NCBI GenBank assembly: GCA_026770705.1
Contig: JANJGN010000034.1
Span: 3,968,001 to 4,032,000, forward strand
Direction of reading: 5' to 3'
Origin: Isurus oxyrinchus
Lineage: Eukaryota
Length of the DNA stretch: 64,000 nucleotides
Position numbers and translations under genes: made by a program. Below the pieces are notes generated by a model that saw nothing but the letters and a program-made list of their open reading frames with translations, had not been told where the DNA came from and made no database searches. This document shows, piece by piece, positions 36,471 to 49,483 of this stretch; the first letter of the stretch is position 1, and the number at the start of each line of letters is the position of its first letter.

Positions 36471-36610
36471 AGCAAACACTGCGGATTCTAAAAGTTGAAC
36501 CAGAAAAAGAAAATGCTCAAGAATTCAGCATGTCTGACTTCATCTATAGAGAAAGAGACAGAGAGTTAACGCTTCGAGTCTATACTGACTCTTCCTCGCA
36601 TGTTATGTTC
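36470..36610 (-). mobile_element. Penelope pLTR remnant
   Basis: Reverse complement reads GAGGAAGAGTC..GACTCGAAGCGTTAAC, as in the other pLTRs. Confidence 0.65.
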
Positions 36611-36619
36611 TTCGAAATA

Positions 36620-36960
36620 TGAGAACCACCACACCCCCAGGACATCAAACCCCACGGTCTGTGAAAGCATTACAGCATATGAGTCAATGGCCACCTACTG
36701 TTGCTTTAATTTCCTGATGTTAACACGTATAGAGAGGTTATTAGCCCGGGCGATAACTGATAGTGGTTCTGGCACTACCTCATTTCCTCAATGGTGAATA
36801 GTGAAAATCTATTCAAAATGTTTTGCTTCCCTGGGCATATTTGTGATTCTCGATGATCTTTGGCTGATCGTACGTGTGCAATTGAACTCCCGCTATGCAT
36901 TCTGGAGATTTCTCTTGGGATCGTAAACGTGTTGCTGCAAAATATACAGGAGGAACTTGA
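36620..36960 (+). pseudogene. UL3: UL3-like nuclear protein relic
   Basis: FNFLMLTRIERLLARAITD (to 36761; cf. [20 protein letters not shown]) and SLGIFV..VRVQL (36828-36884; cf. SLQMFV..VREQL). Confidence 0.68.
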
Positions 36961-37099
36961 AAACCATGTGGGTGAAAAGATTTTGCCTACAAATCAGCTA
37001 TGATATAATTTAATGGTGGAAGAGATTCGATGGACTCAATGCCAAATTCTAATTAATGCATTCAGTAATTGTGAGTTCATAGGAAGAGGTGACATGATA

Positions 37100-38290
37100 T
37101 TGATCATTTTAAAATAATTGCACAGTTTTCATATCTTTCCTAACATTATTACTGTAGCTTCACACCTATTAACATCACGCTTTTAGACAATTTTCATCCT
37201 GGATATTTTCCTATTTCCCCACTTTACAAGAGTGACAAAACTCCAAATATACGTCACTGTATTTATTGCACTTTGCGATGTTCAATTTTATTGAAAAAAA
37301 TGTTTTAATTTCTTTAAGTTCCTTTGCTTTTTGTGGGCATAACAGGTTTTAGCCTTACAATAATTAATGTTCAGGCATAATAAGATAACGTTGCCAGTTA
37401 ATAGGACTTCTTGCTTTTTCCTAATTAATAGTAACATTATCATTGTCAAAGTGCTACTGAAGTGTAAACTTTAATGTTTCGTTTAAAACGGAGTTGTAAT
37501 AGGGAAATGATTTCGTATTGCTTCGATTTGTTGCAGCTGTCATTTTGGCCCTTGAAGTTGCAAAAATGGCGGGGAACGAAATAAATCCAAATCAAGATTG
37601 TAATGGAAAAGCAAACGTAGGTATTGGACTTGAAGGAGCTCTGGAAGGTAAGAGGGATTTCCACCTTCGTTCTCTCATTATTTCAGCGTGGTTGATAGCA
37701 ACTTGTCATTTCTGATAGGTGATTGTGACATTATGGCGTTCTTCAAGCCTCGCCATAAGTTGCAAAGTTGATAAGTTGAAAAACAGATTTTGCCACTCCC
37801 GCAGATTTTGAATCAAAACGTCATAACTCCTTGTTTTCATGCACTCGCTTTATAGTCTAAACTACTAGATTCACAAAAAAAAACAAAATTAACTGCACCT
37901 TTCATTAGGCTAAGGGAAGGATCATGGCTACCTGCATAACAGCCTACTGTTCCTATCACAAGTACATTATAACCAATTAGGAGAAGTGTGAAATAAAAAT
38001 ACTAACAAGGATATATAATCCCATTTCGTCAGAAATTAGTCAGAAATAAGAAACCTCCATGTAGATTCATCGGAGCATTTATTTAAGCGCTAGCTGTGCC
38101 AGTTGTTCTTTTGTGGAACATGTCAGTGACGTACATGAGTTTTGTATGATAATTATGGCCATTAAGTGCAGAATAATAAAACAATATATACATTGAACCT
38201 TCCCATAACACTTTTAGAATACGAATAAGCGTGAGACGGTGGTGGAGTGATGAATTTTTCTGGTGTAATAATCCAGAGATCCATGATAAT
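37100..38290 (-). pseudogene. UL26: Capsid maturation protease (assemblin)/scaffold relic
   Basis: WISGLL..RLTL (cf. YVAGFL..ELAL); catalytic-Ser motif PSLSL (37920-37906; cf. PSVSL); KQGVMTF (cf. RRLGTIVTY); AINHAEIMRERRW (cf. AVNNMMLRDRW); NTYVCFS (cf. release site HTYLQAS). Confidence 0.8.
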
Positions 38291-38620
38291 GGCGTGGGTC
38301 CAAGAGTTTCACTGCCATCACAGCGTGTGTAGGTGATCTCCGCCACCATTGAGGATTGGACGGTTTGTAATGCCTCCTCTTCCACTTTGTTGTTTAAAGC
38401 TGCAGCTCCATTTGCGTCCATCAGTCCTGAAATCCATTGTTGCTCTCGATAGCATGATATCACAACATTTGAGGTGCATGCAGTTCTGTGGCGTATCCTT
38501 GCCAACTCTGGCAGCGCCTGGTTCTTTTCCCAGCATACCCTTGCACGCACCTCATGGAACCTAATTATCTTGCCTGATGGTGTAGGTAGAGTGACATATA
38601 CGACGGAGGGCGGGATTAAA
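38290..38620 (-). mobile_element. Harbinger-associated (Myb/SANT gene) fragment
   Basis: ..AALNNKVEEEALQ.. resembles the Harbinger Myb-like ORF; it separates UL25 from UL26. Confidence 0.35.
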
Positions 38621-40380
38621 TATTGTGTTTGAATTCAATTCTGGAGCTTCTGATGACTGTAAACTCCTAATGAATTTTGACTTCTGGCCTGCTTTTGTTT
38701 CTTAATATGTATAATTTATTTCTCTAAAAGACCCACGCAACAGTTTTTGGAGAGGTTCGGTCGATTGGAGCGGAGGGGGTGGAAGGTGCAGTGGTTGCTA
38801 TTGGTGGTTTTGGTTCTTTGGGAAATGCAGAATGATCTTACTTTTATCAGGGATTGTGATGCATTCATGACAGATATCATTGACATGCATAGGTGCATCT
38901 GCGGCAGGCAATTGGAAGGCTGAGGCCAAGGTGGATTTCGCCTCTTGCTTCTGTCATGACCTGGCTCAATCTCAATCTTGCAGTCCTATGGTTTAGTATT
39001 ACATCAGCCTGGGAAATTCAAGTGTTACCAGGCCCCGCTTTGTTATCGCTGTTGACTTCCTCAAATTATTCAACGAGAGTTAATTCTTCACCTTTGCTAG
39101 TCTCACTGAAGCTTCCAAATGGAGTTAAATATGGTGCAGCAATGATTCACCATCTGAGGGAGGACAGCAAGTGCTGAGCAGTGTTTATTTGATGTGCTTG
39201 GAATTCATCGTGTCGCAAGAAACTTTTTGGAAACATCCGTCACCATGCATTGTGCTGTTAAATGTTAATGCTGTATCCTGCCTCTTGATCTAAATCTACT
39301 GGAACAGGGCAATAAATTGTGGGTATTTGGATAGATATCATGATACACCAGGAATGACGATCCCATGATTTTATATTATTACTGAAAGGGATTGAAAACT
39401 CATATGTTTGCCACTAAACACCCCATATTACTGAGCAGGAATTTGTCGCGACAATTGGACACGTTGTCCTTAAGTGGTTTACCTTGCCCGGGCTAATTCC
39501 AGGTCGCCGGCCCATTGTAGGTCATAATTGGATTTACTGTAGCTGGAGTTTCTGGGCCAATTTTTCATGCCAGTTAAATGGGCCGGAAACATTAGTGTAG
39601 ACATGGAGTTACATACTGTCCATATGGGTAAGGATGGAATAACTTCATTGGAAGAGAACAGTGTTTTCCACTGCCCTGTTAGGATTGATCCTGCCCCATT
39701 TTTTAAAATTGCTGTATTCAAAGGAGAATCAAAATGGGAATACCAAAGAAAGAAAATGCATCGACTGCAACGGTTCAAGAAGTCTGATCACCAGCACCTT
39801 AGAATGGCAATTCGGGTTGAAAATTACTCTTGGGCTAGACAGCACTGCCCACACATCCATAATCAATAAGAAAACAAATTTATGTAATTTTAAGTATTTT
39901 ACTTCATCCTCATATAAACCGCAAATTTACTTGCCATAAACATGATTTATCATTAAATGAAATAGCATATTTAAACAGCAATTAGAATAGAGATTTAAAC
40001 TGGTCTAAATATGTTTCAATTAGTTTCAAATGATTTTGGAACCGCTTTAAATGATAACTTGAAATTGCACAACGAACATGGCGAGTGACTCATACTTTTA
40101 GCTTTGTAGCTTATGTTGAGAAGCTCAAATTATCCTGTTCATTCCTATCGATCAATATATCACTGGTGTAAAAAGCATGTTCCGGACAGAGAGAAAACTA
40201 ATTTGTCCATTTTCCATGAAAACCAAATAATTCCCATAATGTCATGGTGGATGCTACAACCTGGGGGAAGTCAATGTACTTTTGAATGGCTCATCGCGGT
40301 AAAGGCACCGCCCCTGCCACCACGAGTTCCTAAAATGTTGTTTTTTTCTCATACACCATGATTCATGTAGATAACCAAAT
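38620..40380 (-). pseudogene. UL25: UL25-like capsid vertex component relic
   Basis: Long stop-poor minus frames (FDSPLNTAIL..VIPSLP; IVIPGV; FLRHD..QHLL), between UL24 and UL26 on the same strand. Confidence 0.5.
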
Positions 40381-40549
40381 AATGCGAGAAAAATGTATCT
40401 GCTTCTACGAAAATGCAAAATCTCCACCCCTACAAATAAATATCACTGTACACAGCGTTTATCTTTTTTTTTAAAATGTTTAAATTCACTATTTCCCGTC
40501 TAGTTCTACAGAGGCTTGCCAGCGGAACAGATCTCTCCGACTTGCTTTG

Positions 40550-41050
40550 TAAACCAGAGAATTATTTTAAATGTCTATGAAATCGCACAATATTAGCCCA
40601 AATCGATAAATCCTCTCTAGACATATACGCGGGGAGCTTCCAGCGAGAGGCAATAAGGGTTCCAAAACTATTCGGATCCCAGTTACTTATCTAGAAAAGA
40701 AATCGTTCGTTTATCTACAGACATTTCTTCTCGGGCCGTGCGATAACTATTTACTGCAGCGGGTTCCTCATTGCTTTGTGCCGTAGACTGAAGAGTCGTC
40801 AGTGTGGGAGCCTCGCCCCATTTTCAGAACACTAGCTTCCGTAGGGCAGGCACGTTTTAAGGCCCAACTACTTCGTGGAGCCAGGTAAAAGGTAATGTTG
40901 TAAGGCGCAAAAAGCCGGGAAAGGGGTGGGCTATGCTGTGTTTGCGTTTGAGTATCGCCGGAGGATTTCCTGGGTGAACTCATGGATTGTGGATGCTCCC
41001 GTTGAATTAATTACTATATGTTTCAAAACCATGTTTTTTTTTAAGAAGAA
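40550..41050 (-). pseudogene. UL24: UL24-family PD-(D/E)xK protein relic
   Basis: PFPAFCA..LGLKTC (~40867-40850)..RLFSLRH resembles RRPDCIC..IELKTC..GMKQLRH. Confidence 0.6.
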
Positions 41051-41179
41051 CAATTTCATCTACTGGAGATGACGAAATATCTTGAATTCATCGTCCTTTG
41101 CATTGTTTGTTTCCTATACTCATTCTAATATCTAGGGATAATATCAAGTGTGCCAGCAAGGTTTCGACAGAATGGCCAA

Positions 41180-42050
41180 ACTGAGGACTGACAAGTCAAT
41201 TTTTAAACTTTCAGCACAAGTTACTTGTTTTTGCACATTGTACCTCATTGATTGAATATGCATGTTTAACAGCCTTCTGAACATATTCTGCTATTGTATT
41301 TTGTTTTTTTTTTTTGTAGGACTCGATGTGTTGCTCCTTCAGACACCAGCTTTGAGATAATGAACATAACGCCCACCTTTTGTGCTGTAACAATGTTTTT
41401 GATTCTCTCCAGTTTAATTGCTGCAACGGACCCACTAAAGTTCTGCTCTCCATTCTTTCTTTAATATTGCAGCTAAGATCCCACATTGCATCATTGCATG
41501 TTTTCTAAGCTGAGCTTCAGTCACAAAAAATGTTTTGTTACAGACAGAAAATGTTTTTGCATCGCTGTTTTATTGTATCATTCAAGTTCCCGCCTTCTGG
41601 GAAATTTGAACTTCTGCTGCACAGATTTTGCACATAAATCCGTTCAAAGAAATTGGGAGTTATGCTTTAGACCAAATGCCAACCATGTTGTCCACTAATA
41701 CAGTCCTTTAGATCCATGTGCGGTCACTTATTGGGACAAGCTTTGTTCTCCAAACCATTGCAAACAACATGGTAGTACATCTGTCATCTGATTTCGACAC
41801 CAATCAACTCCACTTTCATTTGAATAAATTGTAAATGTTTATCTGGCAGGAGTGTAAAAGGCATGATCCACCCACTCCTGTTCATTATCTATTCTGTAGT
41901 CAAGCTAATAAAATACCACATTATTCGAAATAACACAGGTAAAGCATAATTTAGGTTTCTGCATTTCAATTACAGTTTTCCGGGTCCAAAAGACAGATGC
42001 AGATTCCATTCAACAGCCAAGATTTTTCATTTAACACAATGGCTTGCGAA
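41180..42050 (+). pseudogene. UL22: Glycoprotein H, C-terminal part only
   Basis: DSMCC (41320-41334; cf. TSMCT); FCSP (41441-41452; cf. FSPC); HCKQHGS (cf. CxYCGS); HYLF (41883; cf. HYLLLFxNGTV). Divergent from UL24. Confidence 0.55.
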
Positions 42051-42329
42051 AATATGCATATTTAAATCTAGTGTAACTTAAGATGAAATAAATTTCAAGC
42101 AAACCTTTAATGGCAAGCATTAAATATAATTCCAAAATTCGGCAGATTCCTCCATCGTTAGCAGATCCACAACAGCTGCTTTACGTGGTTGTCTCAGGGA
42201 GCCTGTTCAAAATGATTGTGCAGTCTCACTTCATGCGTTTTCTCATAGCTTCTTATTTTCGACAGTGATCAAGAAGTTGATCGAACTACAAGAAGTTGCA
42301 GGTAAGACAAGTTAAATTCAGTTGTGTTT

Positions 42330-43460
42330 AGCCAATACAATCAAAACCAGTGCCAAGGTATGGTGAACACCAGTTATGAATAAATTCAACAAAGGACGAA
42401 TGAGTGTTGCGAAAGAGGAATAGGTTAAGTTGTGAAATACAAGATGAAACAGGATAATAACCCTTTAGAAGATAAACCAGCATGAATAACACGACTGGAG
42501 AAGAACTGTGAAAATGCATTTTCAAGGGAAATAAACCAAAATTGTGAAAAAAAATCCACACAATACAACAGGGGAATATTGAGTGGTGCCAGAAATATAA
42601 AAAAAAATAATTTTCATGTTTATCAGCGACATACAACAATTAATCTCATCATTGAAAGACAAGATGTGTAATGTGTTAATAATATTTAACATATCACAAA
42701 AAAGACTATTATGTAAGGTGAAGGGCCTCAAAGAGAATGAAACCCCTGATGGAGATAAAGTAACACTGCTTAGTTAAAATAAATTTGTATATAGTTGGCA
42801 GGGGAATTAACACTCAAGTAAAAAAAAAAACCTGAGAATAATTAAACGCATGGGGTAACCTGATATTCGTTTGGCCAATGTAATTCCTATAATTGAGAAG
42901 GGGGCATGGGGGTCCAAGCAACATTCATCAAATAATAGAGTAGTTAGCTTTACTTGAGTGACAGTAAATAAGAGATGGAATCTTTCGAAGGAGATAATAT
43001 GAAAAACAATTGGAATTTGGAAATATGATAGCAAATAGCACGGACGTAATTTACATGGATTTTCAAATGACATTAAATATGGTGCCTCATTAGTTATTAT
43101 TTGTGTTAGATAGCGAATGTAGAGTCAGATAACAAATGACAAAATACATTGCCAGGTAAACAACGAAGAACGCCTGAATCATGGTAATTATTCACTGTGG
43201 CAGGTGTTTTGAAATGTTGCTCTAGAAGGATATTTTCTGCGAACAAGACTCATCAGAACTTACAATAACAATTTGAAGTTAAAAAGCACAATTTCTAAAT
43301 GAGTGTATCACATTTTTAGAGGCTCTATTTAAAACCAAGGAGGATTGTAATTAATTACAGAACGCAAACTTTAATTAAATTGACAACTTTTTAAAAGATT
43401 CGTAAAGAAAATTCAACACTGATACGAATGAGGTAAAACATTTTATTAGAAAGATTATAT
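42330..43460 (+). mobile_element. Old CR1 ORF2 (RT) fragment
   Basis: DVIYMDFQ..KYGAS/VPH-like RT motif near 43040; PDGDK near 42745. Confidence 0.6.
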
Positions 43461-43469
43461 GCAAAATGC

Positions 43470-43885
43470 ATATTTCTTCACCTCACGAACAGCCCAACTA
43501 AAGACCATCTGTATCACACGGTCACATAGGATTCCCAATAGCGAATTTGCTTCACCAGAAGACGGCTTAGAATGTGCATTTCATTGTCCGGAATCTTTTT
43601 GAGCAAATGAGTGCAAAACTTCAAATTTCATCAACCAATTTCCTTGGTCATCAGGGACTTTCTTGCTTGGCAAAATACTGCAGTGGTTTGCTGGTGACAC
43701 GGCAGTGCCAACTGCACCCTTCAGATCGTTACCCCTAACTTGAAGTATATTGGACGGGTTAACAGTTTTTTAAGGAGTATGTTTGACTGTGTTATGAAGA
43801 CATACCATGAATTCCGAAGTGGGCCTTCAACTTAGGTTTCTGACTAAAAGAAAGCTACTCTACCAGTGTGCCACAAGACCTCGGG
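43470..43885 (-). mobile_element. Old tRNA-derived SINE-like repeat
   Basis: Reverse complement begins with A-box-like TGGCACACTGG and B-box-like GTTGAAGGCCC. Confidence 0.4.
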
Positions 43886-45169
43886 AAGGGTTTCTAAACA
43901 TAAAATGAAGTGGGGCGTATAAGTGCTCTGAGTGGGAGGAGGGGGGTGGTGGCGGTACGGTGACGGGGGTGGGGGTGAAAAACGTTGGCAAACTGATAGG
44001 TTCAGGTGAGGAAAGTTATGGGGATCCTCAAGTAGGACATAAACAGGGTGGAGCGGTTGGAAATGTGATTTACTTTTGTGTCGTACATTCTATTGGCGTA
44101 CCTGAACTGGGGAATACAATTATTTCTGGTTTTTCAGGTTTTAATACATCCAGAGCTGCTTAATGTAGGCATTTGTGATAGGTCTAGCACATTCTGAATT
44201 CCTAATGATCAAATGCTCTGCATAAAGAGCTCTCCCTGCAAGGTTGCCCTTCATATATAAAAAAAAACTTCCCCGCCTTCACCTCAAAAATGTGCAATGT
44301 CAAATGCAGACCTGCTTGGTCACTTTAATAGAAGGGTCTATAAATTAGAGTTGATAGCAGGTGGTAAGACCAATATGTCAGTGCCAATGAAGACAAATAT
44401 ATGCTGATATATGTGGCAAATGGAAGATGGCGAAGTATCATTAAAGCTTTACCGCTCTTTGTTCAGTTTACACGTCACTTATTGCAACGTTTTGATGTCC
44501 TTAGTGCAACATGCTTATATAGGCACGGACAAGGATCCACAAAATTCATACAGCTACACTTTTTCACAGGGAACTGAGCAATAAAATAAATCATTTTCTC
44601 TGAGAAATGTCCTAACTGTGCGCCTAATTGCACGTGTTAATGAAAATGGGTATGATGGAGAAATTGTACACAATCCAATTCCGAATCTCTTCATGCAAAA
44701 TCGTTAGATAATGTAAGATAATAGTATTTCTATCTGCAATGTGATCATTAGAGAAATAGATGAGTCCAAACTGTGATTGGAAATTGGAAAATTGTACCAG
44801 CACTAGCAGAATAGCATGGGAATACTTCAGATAAAGTATGAGAAACACCGGGGGGAGTTAGGCCGTGTGAAATATTCAATTAGGGTTACATGATAGTTTA
44901 TAATAAACGCAGACATCTATTTTCATTTTAGTCAGTTAGTTCTACTGCAAAAACAGGATTTTCATCTCTCCAGTTTCCAGATTCTACACAAATAAAATCA
45001 ATTAACTCAGAATGAATTGCATGTCTTTGAGGCATATTCACGATTTTAATCTTGCGAAAGAAGCATCCGATTTAAGAACAGTTATGCCAGCAAAATACTG
45101 TGAGATCGTGAACAGACTACTTATGTTTTGTTTTTATTTATGTTAGTGCTCTGTGTGGTAGATTAAATA

Positions 45170-45380
45170 TTGCCTCAGGGCACCGACAATGGTGCAGTAA
45201 CTATGGAGAGAGAAACAGTTTACATGTCCTAGTTGTGACTTTGTTTCAGTTCCGATACAAGAACCCAGACTTGAAATGTTAACTCACCATCTCACTCAAC
45301 TTAAGTTAGCAGAGCTGCTCTGCATTTACAGCGTAGCCTGATTTTATTTCAGGCTTCAAGTATCCACAGCATTTTGATTT
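45170..45380. mobile_element. Old hairpin-type Penelope pLTR remnant
   Basis: Same layout as 18106-18315, more diverged. Confidence 0.55.
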
Positions 45381-46599
45381 AGTGCAGAAGCGATTGTGGT
45401 CGTTCTTTTTGGAAAGAAGGACAAAATAAGGAGAAAAAATGTCATCCAGTGAGGTAATCAAGAATGATGCAGGAGCATAACATGAAGTGCAAATTATCCC
45501 CAAACGCAGAAGGAAATGAAATGATCCGTCAGAGGAACACAGAAGATTTTGCGACATACCAAGCTCATAAACAATAGAAGCATGTAGAGTATACACAATC
45601 AGAAGACAGCATACTATTTATTTCTTTCACTTTAGTAACTCACGAACACACTCCGTGAATGCCATGCCTTTTTACAGCACAGCCGTTGCAATCTGGCTCC
45701 AGTTCCCTCAATCTTAAAAAAATGAGGCCAATGGACATTTGAACGGATTGTTGCATTTTATGGCAACAACCCTGCCCCGACGACCCCTAATATTCCGTCA
45801 GAGAGTCACTTCAGATGCTGTAAAAATACTTTATTCTGAGAACATTTTGGAAACAATTTACCAAACATTTATACTCTACGTTGCATGCTTGGTGAAACAA
45901 ACCATCATTAAAGTTATTATATTTATTATTATTGTTATTATTATCATTATTATTATTTTTAGAACGGACAATTAAACATAAAAATGAAGGTACGCTCATT
46001 ACGAAATTACTACCTATTTTTGTTTCGAAAATGTTGGGATCTGAACAAATGCTTGTTCTAACAAAATAGCCAACAATTTGTTTACTGTTAAAATGAAACA
46101 TGCATGCATTCGCTGCTAAGTAGCCAACAGGACCGCTATGGAAAGATTGAAACTCAGGAGCGCCAGCTACTCAGTAACTTGATAATGGGTCAGGACGAAA
46201 ATTGTTTTTTTCATTTGCCATTTAATTTTCTTCTTCCTTTCTTTCAATGGAGTCACGTCGGGTAAGTTTAAAAACGCCAGTGTAAATGAGACGACCATTT
46301 CTTTTTTTTTATTCTTTTGAGGGATTAGCTGGAACATATTCTGAAAGTGTACTATTGCATTTTTGGCTGAAATTTTTAAAGGGATATGTGACATTTGAAA
46401 TGAAAGAGGAAGAAAGGAAGGACAATCTGTAAAGCTTGTTCAATTGTTTGATGGAGCTGAAATGTAGGCATACAACGGAGGCCAGCTAAGACACCATGCA
46501 TGGGGGGAAATGGTCTGATATGTTTCTAAAACTTATTTTTTTTTTGCATAATGCAGGTGCAATCTAGCTTTTGAAGGATCCAAGCAGTGTATAGATTTT

Positions 46600-49430
46600 C
46601 GTGGTGCTGAGGATTGAAACATTAAATCTAGAGGCTAGAATGGAGTACAAATTGCATTTGGAGAATAAAAAGCCTTTATCTTATACTTCCAGCTTCATAG
46701 GTCAGTATAGCGTTATTACCCATGTGTCTGTAAAACCTAGTTTATTTTTCGCTTTTGTTTTTTTTTCATGCAACCACGACTTTATCCAATGCAAAAGGAA
46801 ACGAAATAGGCTCCCCAGCGGACATTGGTTAAAATGTACAGGGATGTTAAGAACATGATTTGCTGAATAATAAGGTCAGGGGCTGACGGCATGTTCAGGA
46901 CTTAGAGTTTGGCAGCAGTCAGACTTCTGGTCCCAGGAACGTTTCTCGCTTGATAATACTGCTACTGCCATGAATGACAGGCAAAGGGTGGGTTACAGAT
47001 CCTCATTCCTCCCGTTGGGTGCTGTAGGGCAGGATATCAGGTCTCGGAGCCTGCAGGCCATGAACTGGAACAAGGCAAGGCCAGCACCTTTAAAGTATAC
47101 CTGAGATGGGACAGTGCCAATGATCCATCAGATTGTCAATCGATTGAATTTACGAATCATGGTGAAGACGTGAACATTCTCCAGCCCTTCTTTGTAAGTA
47201 TATTGAAACATTAGCTAATCTCTGCCAACACTGTCGTTCTTCAAAAGTGGCATAAAGTACAAACATAAGCAAGCCTCCCACCTGTTCACATTTAGGAGCT
47301 GTAAATTTATTACATATGTATATGCATGGAAGTCTGTACCATAAGAACGGTGGGTGACACATTTTAGGGGGACAACAATCTCACTCAGTTTTAGCAAGAT
47401 CTCCTGTGATACCCTCCTGTGTGCATAATATACCAGGTCCTGAGGTGGGGGTGGGGGGTGGTAGGGAGTTGAGATTGCGAGACCTAAGATAACATCGAAG
47501 CATCTGTAGCCCTGGCAAGACGTGCAGTATAAACCATAGCCATATTAAATTATCCCTCACACCACGTCCTTTCATTTGATCATGGCCAATGTCATCAAGC
47601 GGAGCAACGCTATAGTTCCTCAACTCATCATTACTCAGAAAATTCCCTGCCATTTGGAGTGTCTTCATCCTCCAGGCCACATCCTCTTTGGAAGACGATG
47701 TTAAAAATTGCACAGATCACCACTTTTATCAGGCATACGTGTGAGCTGGAGTAATATAAAGCTCCACCAGATATCTCCAGGTATTGGAATCACTTCCTTA
47801 GGAGACCAGTATTCTTTACCACGATTGCCCTAGTAATGGGGTGGTTATATATGTACCTGCTCTCTGCGCAATGTCTTGACAACCTCACAGCGGTTAGCTC
47901 TAATTACAAATTGAAGTTCCCTGCAAGTAATCAGACCCAGTGAAAAGTTGTCGAATCTATGAATTCCTATGTTTTCTAACGGTAATTGCTGCTGCCCAGG
48001 TCACTTCATGTCCAGCCACTTAATTTCACACACCGGCTGCACATTAACCGAGTGTAAGCCCTTCATTTTTCTAACACATTGACACAACTATCCAAGTAGA
48101 GACATTACAGGTTGCAGCAAAGGAATCGCTGCACCCTGGTGGAATTTGCAATCAATGTAAATTCTCTGGATTTACCTTCTTGATTTTGGACATGCTGCGC
48201 AAAGTGTGGAACATTGCATTTATGGACATCTGTACACAGAGAGTGCCGCAAGTGTGTTGTCCCACTCAGACCTCCACATGTTGCCTGAAAATAATCTTTT
48301 GAAAAGAAGTAAAAGGTCACTTCCATCTTCACTGTGATTGTTATTCGGTGGCTCTCAATGCAATTGGAAGACATGTGCATGCAACGAACTTAGGTAGTGA
48401 TCTCACAGTCACAATGTAAAACCTGAGTACTGTTATGTACTGAATCTCACTAAATTGCAGGCACCTGAATTCCTGCCTGAGTTACCTTGGGACAGCATAA
48501 TATTGTCTGCATCTCTGAAGATTCCTTTTTTATTTCATAGCTCCACCAGTCAGTCGTCTTCTGACCATGCTGTATTTCCACTAACTCCACCCATTCCCCA
48601 CCGCCACCGGCAATCTGAGGAACCAGATCAAACAATGAACACCTCGGTTTTCTCTTTCTTCTCTCAGACAACTCCGGCTCCTTTAATAATTCTACACTGC
48701 TACAAAATGTAGTTTCTGTCGCCAACAAGAAGGGCAATCCACATCTGTCTGCTATAGTTATCATATTTTAGGTCTGTGTTATGGTGAGGAAAATATTCAG
48801 TAAATAATCTAAAGGCAACATCTGAACGAAAGGTGATTGCTCATCATGAAATGAAAAAGTATCCACAATGTCATTGACAAACTCAAATGAGCAGTCCCTG
48901 CAGCCAATAATAGATTGTGTTGGAAGAATGAGTCTCTGGTCCTGGCTGCATTTTCAGAAACGGGCCAAACTACTTCCCTGAAATAAAATGTGATTCCACA
49001 TCCCCTCCTCCCCCACGCATTGGCAGCGTTCTTAAATCTCACCCTGAAGGCACACTGTCTCCTTCTAACCGTACTATTTTAGACAGATGGGTAGCCAGTT
49101 AACTCAGCTGCATTGTAAACACATGCTTTCATAATACTGGCAGCGTCACGGCCTCTCAACCCGCTCACTTACAGCATTTTCAGAAATCGGGTTGATTACA
49201 TTGCAAACGGCATCGACCTTCCGACATCCATGACTACGCTTGGTGAGATGGTGAACGGCTCCTAACTGGGAGTGCATCATTCAACCTATAGGAAGAAAAC
49301 TACACTGGTGGGGTTTCAACTCCCAGCTGAATGGGATGAAAAATGGAATTTTGAAATAACCCAATATTCAAGGTTGCATTCATAATGGGGCCATAAAATT
49401 CCGTGGCAATGGCGGGGTCATTTCGAGGCA
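46600..49430 (-). mobile_element. Decayed PIF/Harbinger transposon (transposase ~48400-47500)
   Basis: ITITVKMEVTFYFFSKDYFQATCGGLSG..IANSTRVQRFLCC resembles LPVAVKVTVALNFFASGSFQ..IAGFPRVQGxIDC. Outer limits are uncertain. Confidence 0.6.
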
Positions 49431-49483
49431 CAGTTGTGAAACGTGGAAAAGCATTGAAAATTCATGAACAACAGATAGAGTCT

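Noticed and set aside
36804-36830. KIYSKCFAS as a primase zinc finger
   Set aside because: It is flanked on both sides by UL3-like motifs.
40900-40985. GKGVGYAVFA as a SET domain start
   Set aside because: There is no convincing NHS motif, and the opposite strand matches UL24 in syntenic position.
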